From Eukaryota sp. TZLM1-RC (Eukaryota; Protista; Metamonada: BaSk clade), in the NCBI GenBank assembly GCA_040285825.1, contig JAUPSS010000001.1:3100001-3164000 (forward strand): 64,000 bases of DNA, written 5' to 3'. Of the stretch, positions 10,713 to 21,058 are shown piece by piece. The notes under the pieces were generated by a model. It was not told where the DNA came from, did not search any database, and saw nothing but the letters and a program-made list of their open reading frames with translations. How positions within the stretch are numbered: position 1 is the first letter of the stretch; each line of letters starts with the position of its first letter. The position numbers and the translations under genes are program-made.

Positions 10713-13700
10713 CTGCCCTTTCTTCTTTTCGAGCGTCGAGGCCTGATAGGAGTTGGATTAACATTATTGTTAATATTATCAGAACGACGTTTACGGTGTG
10801 AAGGACGAGAGCGAGTATTAGAAATAGACTTGGAGAATTCTTTATAGGCAGAGGTGTTTTGAACAGTCGAAACCAGCTCAGTGGTAATATGATTGCCAGG
10901 CCATTGGACTTGACAGTAATCACCATCCTGACTGAGGACTTTCTGGATCACGTGCTCTTCTGCATCGCCAGCAGCAACCCAGGAGTGAAATTCATCATCT
11001 GCTGGTAAACTGGAATGCCAAGGTTGGAGGTGCTTCACACTGGATTTAACAACCATACCAGTACACAGATTCTTGATGTCAGCTGTGGAGGTAGAGGGCG
11101 TGTCAATAACTAAGAATGGTCCTTTGTAATTACCATGTAACTTAGCAGTGGAAGACGAAGCTCGTTTGACCAATTGGCCAGGAGAGAAAGGGTTGGCTTC
11201 GAATTGGGAATCACGAGGAGGAGCCTTGGAAGCTTGACGGAGCTCTGCTTCCTCCTGTTTCTTCTTCAATCTAGCAAATTTAGATTGAATGTCGTTGATG
11301 TATGTTGACTCAGACGTTGAGCTTTCGAGGGTCTTTATGATTTTGCCGGAGTCAGCTCTGGGGCTAAAATCTGAACCAAACATGAGCTCGTATGGAGAGT
11401 AACCTGTAATTGAACTCTTGGATGAGTTGATTAACAATTGTACATAGGGTATGTACTCTGACCATGCGTCGTAGGCGTTAAAATCTACGAGCAGCTTCCT
11501 CAAATTCTGCAAAATGTCACGGTGACGGCGTTCGACTAAACCGTTGGACTGAGAGAGGTGAGGGACGGACTTTGAGACCTCTATGCCCAAAAACTCACAT
11601 AGAGCGTCGAAGACAGCTTTAGAGAACTCAGGACCGTTGTCACTATGAACTATGAACGGGATCCCGAATATCGCACATACCTTCCATATGAGGGCGTCAG
11701 CAGTAAGGTTGGCGTTGAGTTCTTTGAGAGGGACTATGAAAGTGAACCTCGTGAAGCTATCCACAAATACAAGAATGTATCTGTGGCCGTCTTGATCTTC
11801 TGGAAGAGGACCAATGACGTCGACGTTAACTCTTGCAAATGGTCTGTCAGCCCACAAGGAACCAGTTGTAGGGACATGCAGTTTGGGGACTGCTGCTGTC
11901 TTCTGACAGGAGGGGCATTCCTGCACGTGCTTGGTCATGTCGGAAAGCATGTTAGGCCACCAGTAGTCACTGTTCTTGAGTCTGAGGAGACTTTCTGCCT
12001 TACTGGGGTGGCCACCTTGCGGGAGTCCATGTAGAAGGTTAAGCGTATCCTTAACCAGTGATTGAGGAATCACGATCTTGTGCTCTGGAGTTAGATAGAG
12101 ATCTAGACGACTATCCAAAGTACAGTTGTTTAACGAGGTGTCCTGGTTAGCGAGGGCTCGCTTTTGTTCGGACCTGATCTTGCAGAGCCATGGCTCGAAG
12201 AGTGGGAGGTCATTGGAGCATTTATCTTGAAGGATAAGCACCTTCTCGAATGTATGGAGATCTTCAACGAAGCATCTCTCTGACTCAGTTTCATCAATTC
12301 TATTTGTGTAGTAGATAGGGTGAAACTCTTGGTCGTTGGAATGGACCAGATGGTTAATGGTATGATTGTCTTGGGGCGGTACTATCCTAGATAGCATGTC
12401 TGCCCAATGGTTCTCTTCCCCTTTTGTATGAACGATGTCGAATAGGAACTCAGAAAAGATGGGAAGCCACCTTCTGACTATTCTGTTTTTGTTCGGAGCG
12501 GTAAGCATGTAAGTAAGGTTTTGGTGATCTGTGAAAATGATCAAACGCCTTCCTTTGAGGTAGTTCTCGAAGCCACTTTCGGTAAGCATGAGAAGGATAG
12601 CATAAAGCTCTTTCTGTACTGTGGGCCAGTTCTGCTGGGAGTTAGTCAACAATCTGCTGAAGAAGCTGATTGGTCTACATTTCCTATTGAGTAAGGAAGT
12701 ACCAGGGTCCTTAGTGGGTTCTATTTGTTCCCAAATCACGCCGCCAACTGTTATATCAGAGGCATCGCAACTAATAAGTACTTGGTTATCCACCGGAGGT
12801 AAGTTTAGAGGCATATGCTCCGCGATCAGACGTTTGATTTCGGCTAAATGGTAGTCGTGAGTGTCTTTCCACTGCAAGCGACGTGGTTTGCCATGTGTTA
12901 ATTTGATGATCGGGGCAACATGCTTGGTTACCTGGGGAAGCCATTCCCTAATGAAGTTGACTGAGCCGATAAGGCTACGGGCGTCTTTCACAGTCTTAGG
13001 TCTGGGAAGATTCAGTAAAGACTCTGTGCGTGTAGGATCTATGGTCCTGGTTTTGTGTTGGAATCTGCTACCAAGGATCTTTATTGGGTGTCTAGAGGAC
13101 ACAAAATGGCACTTGGGCAGTCCAAGGCTAACTCTACGGGTTCGAGCCTTCTCGAGGACACGTCTTAGACGTCCGAGGAACTCGTTGAAAGTTCTACCTA
13201 CTATAATAATGTCTCTATATAGATGAATACACCGTCTCCGGAGAAGATGTCTGCCATAACGTTCTGAAAAACTGCAGGAACGTTCTTGAGGCCGAAAGCA
13301 GCACGTTTAAACATGATACTTTTGCCAGGGATGCTTAAGGCAGTCTTCTCCCAGTCCTTTTCTGCAATTTTTAGTTGCCAAAAGGCTTTGGGGAGGTCAA
13401 AGGTACCGATGAAATTGGCTTCCGAAAGGAAGACTAGCACATCGGATATTCTAGGGAGGTTAGGTTCAACGGGAACAGTGTTGGCGTTGACTCCGTCCTT
13501 GCCGCTGTAATCACCAGTAAGGCGAGGCTTACGATGATCAGGGTATACCACAAGACATACTGGAGAGCTGAACTCATGGTTCGATGGTACAGCAAATCCA
13601 GACTCGACGAGTTCATCGAAGATCTGTTCGGCGACTTTCTGCTTCTCGGGGTTTAACCTACGAGGGGGTCGTCTGACTCGAATACTTTCATCATGAAAGT

Positions 13701-13848
13701 TGATCTCCATCGGAGGACAGTCAATCCCATCGGCATGCGGCTTAAGGGTGAATGTCTCTTCGAACTCTTTCAAGGTTAGAAGTAAGGTCTTCTTGTCGTT
13801 ATCACAGTCGAGGTTAATAGTACAACCAGAAGACTGTATGTGCTCCAA
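10697..13848 (-). pseudogene. pol: RT, RNase H, integrase and chromodomain-like tail
   Basis: RT FSSPV..DLPKAFWQ..FGLKN..YI(D)D with a 1-nt deletion inside YIDD (~13213). RNase H CDAS/KELYAI/TDHQNL/ADMLSR. Integrase HHCC, VDSF, SDNGPEF, NGLVER, GPF. Tail EEHVIQKVL..CQVQWPG..TTE. Confidence 0.93.
10713..10730 (-). promoter_or_regulatory. Polypurine tract
   Basis: GAAAAGAAGAAAGGGCAG immediately 5' of the 3' LTR on the minus strand. Confidence 0.85.
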
Positions 13849-16800
13849 CCAACGTCTGGGACGTTGACGACATCTGAGACTTGGGAGATTCGATGGTCGA
13901 ATTCAGCCTCAGGCAGAAGTAATGTACGATGTTCCTCATCCATCTTGATGAAGAGGCCTTCATCGTTCAATAAGCCTAGGTGATGCAACAGGTCTCTACC
14001 AATTGGTAACATATTGTTGCCAGGAATGATGGCCAAGCTATGTTTTACATGAACTAGTTGGGTTACACTACCGAGTCTGAAGCTCAGTGTGCCTTCTGCT
14101 GATCCCAAAAACTTTGACATGATGTTGTTTGCAGACTTAAAGTTTATGCAATGGTTAGTCTTTACCATGTTGCATCTCTCTGCTAAATCAACAGTGATGA
14201 CTGATATCGAAGTTCCAGAGTCGATGATCCCTTCTATTTCGCAGTTATTTATTGAAAATTTCAATTTTAAATTTTTGCGTGCGACATCTGAGGTGCGAAC
14301 CATGAAGATATCGCTGTGGGACTCTGAGTCTGGGTTCGAGTCGAACTCATGATTGAAACAGGGTTTATTTGGTGTTTCTATCGTTGTAGCTGTTTTGAGA
14401 TTCCTGGTACTCAAAGGATTAGTTAAACACTTAATCCACTGGTTGGAGACTGAGGTTTGTTTTATGTTTGGTGTTTTACATGTTGGAGAGCTGTCTTGCT
14501 CTATAGTAAACAATGAACATTTGTTTGAACGTTGCTTTGGTGTGTTACTTGTTGGAGAGCTATCTTGCTCTATAGTAAACAGTGGATATTTATGGGAACG
14601 TTTATTACTGCTGGAAGGGCCCTTGCCTCTTCCTCTACGTCTACCTCTGCCTCTACTACTACTACTACCTCTTGCCAAATATGCTTGAACTGCATCTGGG
14701 TTGGCATCTCGCCATTGCTTGGATCGCTGGCAATCGGGGTCAGGACATTCGTTAATAGTGTGGCCTGGAACACCACAGAATCTACAGAGACCAGCTTTAT
14801 CTCTTTCTTTCTCAATTTGCGACTTGCTCCTTTTGCTAAGTTGAGCAGGGGCGACACTGGAACCCGCAGGCTTGAATTTGCCTATTCGTTTCTTGTCCTT
14901 TGGGTTTGCTCTAACATAGTGATCCATATGTTGTTGATAGCTGTCACTGATGTTGGCCCTTTGCTCATCATAGGATCTTGCTGAACACCAACTCATGTAT
15001 TCAGCAGCCAGGATGTCTACAAATTGTTGTAATGTATGATGTTGCCAAACATTGGGTGTGGACCATACAGTTCTCAGATTATCGCTGATGGCCTGAATAC
15101 CAACAGAATCAATCATATGGGTTGCAATTTTTCAGTTTTGAATGCGCTGTAGAAAGTGTTGACCATACAAGGCGCGGTCGCTTGCCCTGACGTCAGAAAT
15201 GGCAGTACTTCGTGAAACTGTTCTCATCAGCCTCACAGTGAAGTCGCCCCAGCGATTCCTAAAGTCCTGAATATTCCAATTCATCTGGACTCTATATAAC
15301 TGATTCCTCGCCGTTTCTAATGTACCATACTGGCTGAGGTGTAAAATTGATTCCCATATTTGCTCCTCATTAACATTGTTGATAGCTGAGATGCTATCAG
15401 ACATAGACGAAAACCTGCCTTGAGCTCTAAGAGCGGCCAAGCACTCTGGAGTAACACAGGAGGCAATTCTACGAGGGTCGACTTGAGCAGCAGCTCTGAA
15501 TCGGTCCCACTCGTGAAGGGGGTTACCGTATCTCTGATCTAGAGGGAGGTTCCGGTTTTCTCTGCTAATGGATTGAGGAGTGGCAGGAGGACGAGAACGT
15601 TCCTCAAGTTGCCTTCTTAGTTCAGACACTTCTCTTGCTAGTCTGATTTGAGTAGGATCAGATTCATTGATATCTCTCTCTTCAATGGTCCTCTCAGTCC
15701 TAGCATACAGAATAAATCTGTCGATGAATTTCAAGATCCTTACTGGGTCAGAGATATCGTTGGCTTCCAGGGTGGGTTTTCTAGGACGACCACCTCTTTG
15801 TCTATCTCTGTCTCTATCTTGTGAACTCGCCATGGCTTCCATCAGTAGAGTGTTAGAATACTGAGGGGCTACGGGAGTGTTAGATGGAGTTACTCCTAGG
15901 AGCCTAGGATCCTGAGGAACCTGGGAAGGAGTTGATGGATCTTGTGGTTGGGCAACTACAGGTTGCTGCACCGTCTCAACAGTGTCAGTAGTCGCCATCG
16001 GCTCATCTTGTTGGTCATCTTGAGGCTCAATGCTCAAAGATGAGAAAACAGTGTCTGAATCCACTGGGTCAGGATCAGAGGTTCTCAATTCCACTGGGTC
16101 ATGATCACTCGGATAGTAACTTTCCACATTACCATCGATAACCCAAAGGAGGGAACTTGAATTGGTGACACCAATGTTCTCCTGTACATTCATGAGGGCA
16201 TCCCTTAAAGGCCTATTCCTTCTGTGCTCTGGACCAAAATATGACGCGCAATGGTCTGGTCTGCGGTCTTGAAGGTACAATCTCTGATAGTTCGTAATGT
16301 AGGTGTACCACCATCCAGTCCTGAAGTCTCTGTTGATGTAAATATCAAGAGAAGCATTATATCCAGGGCTAAACCTGGGAAAAGGACAAGGATTAAATCG
16401 GTTGAGGAAGAGATTCAGCTCATCACCAGCGAAGATTCTCTGTACACCTTCACGAGGAGTCCTGAACCCTCCAACAGTCTCCCGTTGAGAATAGTTTGGA
16501 GGAAGGTCACAGCGAACCGTGAGATTGTCTACTTCCTCCGTTGGGAAGTAGGGGCCTATTCTTCTGCGGATCCTAAAGCCGTGATCATTAACCACTTCTG
16601 GACCCCAAAATGGGGGTACAGCAGCAATGAGTTCGTTGGGAGGAATCGATGCAGGATCTCCTAGCATTAACTCAATACCAGCATTGAGAACTAAGTTTTG
16701 AGCTTCAGTTCTCTGCTGGGTAGAGATGAAAGGAGAATCTGATTCCTGGGGCTGGCTTGGGGCTTGATAGGTGTTAGGCTGGGCAGCACTAAGCACCTGC

Positions 16801-17780
16801 CAAGCAGCAGGAACAGAAGAAACAACGTGACCTTGCTGAGGAGTCTGGCCAGAGGTTGGAGGGAAATGAATTACTCCTCTAGTAGGAACTCCCGAAGGAG
16901 GAACAGATGGAGTTGAATGGACTTCTGTAGGAGCTACCGTAGTAGGAGCAGAAGTATCAGGATGACCTGCTACAGGAACTTCTCGAGAAGGAGTAGTTGG
17001 ATTAGAGTTACCAGCAGGGACTGCAGGAGGAGCTGGTTGTTGCGGAGGGCTGCCTTCCATTGAAACTTCCGTAGAAGGAGTAAAAGGAGCTCGTTGTCCT
17101 TCCTCAGGAGCTTCCGTAGAAGCAGTGGGAGGAGCTTGTTGTCCTTCCTCAGGAGCTTCCGTAGAAGAAGTGGAAGGGATGACAGGAGCGCAAACAATAG
17201 GTGAAGAGGGAGACTCTACCATCTTGAGCTTCAACAACTCAGATATCTTGTTGCTAGTCGAGTCAGGGTCAGTCTGGTTGATAATATACTTCAGATATTC
17301 ATCTAAAGTGCTGAACTGTTCAGGACCTAAAAGAGAATCTTCGACCTCTCCTTCAGAACCAGGGGGAGGAGAAAGAGGTACAAAGTTTTCCACATCAGTG
17401 GGAGGAACAGGAAGACTGAAAGGAACCGCAGGAACATCCGTAGATGGAGTGGAACCTTGACCCGGAGGGTGGGAGGAAGTATCACTTCTCTCGTCACCAG
17501 AGGGTAGTTCTGTTCCCAACTGAGGAGTTTGGGAGGAAGAACTTGAAACATTGGGTTGTGTGACAGAATCTCCGGAAGGAGGAGTCGACACAGGAGGAGG
17601 AGAAGCATTGCTTCCCTCGGACCCAGTTGTCAAAAGTTGTTCTGGTCCCGACTGAGGAGTTCGGGAGGAAGAACTCGAAGGGTGAGACGTAGGAGGATCA
17701 GTCCTAACAGTCTCGAAGTTGTCATTGGAACCACCCAAAGGTGATCCAATACGTATTGATGATCTGCGGGGGTTAGACAT
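13776..17780 (-). pseudogene. gag-protease region
   Basis: ORFs 15132-17780 and 13776-15116 are in one frame, separated only by TGA at 15132-15134. CCHC knuckle CRFCGVPGHTINEC; aspartic protease IIDSGTSIS; frameshift to RT near 13850. Confidence 0.88.
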
Positions 17781-17911
17781 TATACCTGAAAGTAGAGTAA
17801 TTTATTACAAGGGAATGAGGATTTCCCTTAACTTAAGCGCATGGGCGCAATAGTACAATAACTATTAATAAACTATGAATAAACTATTATAAATATTATC
17901 CAAGGCTAACA
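17757..17911 (-). repeat. 5' LTR (contains the gag ATG at 17780)
   Basis: Direct repeat of 10558-10712; starts TG and ends CA; AATAAA signal shortly before the ATG. Confidence 0.95.
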
Positions 17912-18035
17912 TGGGCTACCTCACTTAAATACACCTACTGCTTTCACAGAACAAAGCCTCGCGACTTGATGTATTTTGACGGATCTACCAAATGCTACTA
18001 GGGTATTTGTACATCGGTCTCAAAAGTTTTTCAAA
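17912..18035 (-). ncRNA. 5' part of candidate Fanzor omegaRNA
   Basis: Just downstream of the Fanzor B stop. Minus-strand stem AAATACATC/GGTGTATTT encloses GCTTT/AAAGC; GTAGC pairs across the insertion site. Confidence 0.6.
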
Positions 18036-18069
18036 AAGATTAAAAAAATCGAAAAATCAAACTAAAACA

Positions 18070-19115
18070 TCAGTTTTTCCAAAGTTTTTGTTTCTGTATG
18101 CTCAGATTTCCCATCCATCTCCTCAACAGAGCATCTGGGCAAATGTATCTTTCTGGCCACAATTCCGCTTTCTTCTTAATTTGAATATTTTTTGCAGCGG
18201 AAATAACTCTGTCATATACTATTTGACACTCAGTACAAATACGCAGCTTCCATAAGCCTGCTTGAATATTCTCGGCCATGCAACAACTGAACAGTGTGCT
18301 TGTATTAAATTCACTGGTTGACAAGTGCTTCACGTCCTTTTGATAACACAACCATTTTCTAAAAGCCCTTGTTGATCCATATCGATTGACTTTTCGGCAA
18401 TAAGAAGGGAAATTCGCAGAACCCACAGCAACGTAGAGTTTTTTAGGATGTCCAGCCAGCCTTTGAAATTTGTTGAGAGTCTCTCTGAACCGTCTCATTC
18501 GTCTGCGGTTATCAAATTTAATTATTTTCCATTTCTGGCGATTACTATCCAAATACACTTTCCTCCTGACCAAATTCCAATGGTTCAAATATTGGTTGAA
18601 ATTTTGAACGGAATATTGGTTGGGAGAGTGTTTACTGGGTGAAGGTTTTGTCATGTATCTCCTGCCAGTTGGACAAGGAATAACTCCACATTGATTATCA
18701 TTTAAGAAGTAACCACATAATCTAGATTACTCCAGATCAACGCTGATAACGGGCCTTTCAGGTATATTTTCGACTGGATGTCCACGTCTTCGACGGGGCA
18801 TTTTTTAGTGGCCTTCAACTGTATTTCTCTGGTTTTGTTGGCATCAGGGTAACTTTTCATTTTCTCTTTTAATCTTCTTTTCTTTTTCGGTGGTTCTTCC
18901 AGCTCATTTGTGTTTTCTGAGTCATTATTTTCACCTTCGAAGGTCAAAAGCAGTTCATTATCATTAGTTTTCAATAAAATTTTTTTAAATCTATTTTTGG
19001 TAAGGACATTGTTTCAATATTCGTTTGAGACATGTATTTTTGATGAAATTTTCTTTTGGAAGATGAACCTTCAATAAGTGAAAATTTTTTCACAGAGTGG
19101 AAAATTTGTGAAGGT
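18070..19115 (-). pseudogene. Fanzor (TnpB-like) pseudogene B
   Basis: LKTNDNELLLTF (WED-like); RuvC-I-like PVISVDLE*SRL (stop 18727-18729) in frame with VAVGSANF..SEFNTS..SCC..RICTEC..YDRVISAAKNI. RuvC-III D is replaced by V. Confidence 0.8.
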
Positions 19116-19640
19116 ACGAACAATTTAGAGCATGGCGCAAAGTGAGCTGAGGTGAATTCGAACAAATACATTTTTTTGATAAAAATTGATTAATGGGGAT
19201 ATTCAAATACAATCTTATTTTTGTTACCAATGCTTCATTAGTGGCACACAGTCCAAATCTTTGTGGTACAATGGTTACAAGAAGTGAAGAATCTGATGAC
19301 TGGTTTTCACAAACACCCTTTTTCAATAACAATGAGTGAAGATCTTGATTGAAACAGCCGAGCTGCATTTATAATTATAAAGATCATTTTCATACATTCC
19401 AGTCAATCGTTTCTGTAATGTTCGAAGAGTGTATTTTGAATTTAAAAGATTCTTTTCTGGAATATTGCCCTTGAATGATTGGGGAAAGCTTCGACTCCAT
19501 TTTTCTACATCAATTTTCGAAATTTCATCATTTAATGCAAAAACAGTGGAACTTTGCGTTGTCATTAACAATAAATCTTCCCAATCGACAAATCTTTCAG
19601 AAAACTCAAAAATTGCATTTCTCCATTTGTGTAGTGTGAT
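19115..19640 (-). mobile_element. Internal fragment of CRE-like family B
   Basis: Near-identical to 39557-40140 (NDEISKID.EKW..LQKRLTGMYEND..CICSNSPQLTLRHALNCS). Confidence 0.85.
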
Positions 19641-20069
19641 CTGTAATATTTCTATCCAATTGTTAAGTTCAAACTATTAATAGAGTTAAATTTTTATTTT
19701 TATTTTAAATTTTTAGTATGGCAAATGTTTTTTATGAACATACGGCTCTTCCAGCAATGAGGTTTGAAAGAGCACGATAAATTTCTGTTTTTTCAATAGC
19801 TGCTTTTTCATATCAAATTTGTCTTTATTCACTACTTGCCGAAAACTTAATGGGATTTCCAAGTATTTAAACTTTTGCTAGTTCTTTTGAGGACTCAGCA
19901 CTCTCGCAGTTCGCGCTCATGTCCTCTTCTTACGGAGGTTTCACTGGATGATCTTGAATCACGTAGCAGAAAGAGTACATCTTCCACCTTGGATGTTGAG
20001 TAATAGCGAATAATGTCTGAAAAGAGACGTGAAGCCTCTCGAAAAGAGAAGTAAGGAGAGTTTTCTTAA

Positions 20070-21010
20070 GAGAAATTGACAAAAAAGGACCTCTTGTCAA
20101 CATAAATTTGCAAAAACGGGACCTTCTCCGATTCAACCTTCCACCAGTAAACTTCTTACCAATGACGTCTACAAACTTGTCCACAAACCTCACGATTTCA
20201 ACGCCTATTCCTCTCGTTTAACTCTACTTTACATAGTATTCGCTTCTGTAGGCCTCTGATCACTTTGGATGGAACACACTTAACTGGTGATTTTGGTGGT
20301 GTATTGCTGGCTGCTTGCACAGTAGATGCGTTAGGTAGAATTTATCCCATTGCCTTTGGTATTTGTGAAATAGAAAACGGTAGAGAATGGCGTTTTTTCT
20401 TGCAACATCTGCATGCTTTGTTGAGAACAAGTAATTGGACTTTCTTATCTGACCGGCAGAAGGGTCTGATTGATGCTGTGAGCTACATTTTCCCCAATCA
20501 GTATCATGGTTATTGTGTGAAGCATCTTGCAGATAATGTAGCAAAACGATTTAGAAACAAAGCTTTATTGATTAAAGTGTGGGAAACAGCTAGGGCTTTG
20601 ACAGTTGCAGAATACCAATCCCACTGTGAAGAGATCTGTATTGTCTCTCCAAAAGCCAGTGATTATTTGGCAAAAATTGGACCAGATCATTGGGTAAGCG
20701 CTTTGACATCCACTTTGACATCCATGTATCTGGATTGTCTCCATTGGATGAGCTGTTGAAGTATTGAGGTTGAGTTTTCGATATGTATAAATGTTCATGT
20801 TCATAATAAAAGTGTATATTTAGCATTGATAGAGAATATCAGAATCAGTGACAGAAGTGACAAAGTTTATTAAAAGAACAATAGGACAGTGATGGAGAAG
20901 ATAACACCAGTGAGAATGAGAACAAGGGCCCAATTTATGCAAAAGCGTTTATGGATGGACCCAAATCTGCAAAATGAAAAACTCAGGTGGACCTGTTTTG
21001 TCAATGCCCC
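20070..21010 (+). mobile_element. Internally deleted MULE/MuDR DNA transposon
   Basis: Transposase core DGTHLTGDFGGVLL..DALG.IYPIAF..E..W.FFL..SDRQKGL..CVKHL. Imperfect TIRs (gagaaattgacaaaaaaggacc vs ggggcattgacaaaacaggtcc). Perfect 9-bp TSD TTTTCTTAA at 20061-20069 and 21011-21019. Confidence 0.92.
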
Positions 21011-21058
21011 TTTTCTTAATAAAAAAATATTTTTTAATAGATAGCAAAACCTTTGTCC

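Larger units (their letters stand above)
10558..17911 (-). mobile_element. Full-length Ty3/gypsy (chromovirus-like) LTR retrotransposon, inactivated
   Basis: 155-bp TG...CA LTRs at 10558-10712 and 17757-17911 (2 mismatches); TGGG TSD at 10554-10557 and 17912-17915; PPT; gag-PR-RT-RH-IN order. Confidence 0.97.

Noticed and set aside
11645-17744. Plus-strand ORFs within the LTR element
   Set aside because: Antisense shadows of gag-pol with no independent features.
10487-18035. Rejoined structured RNA as U3 or a C/D-box snoRNA (contains CCATTGATGA)
   Set aside because: The TGATGA lies inside a long duplex, and no box A/B or correctly placed CTGA with terminal stem is seen.
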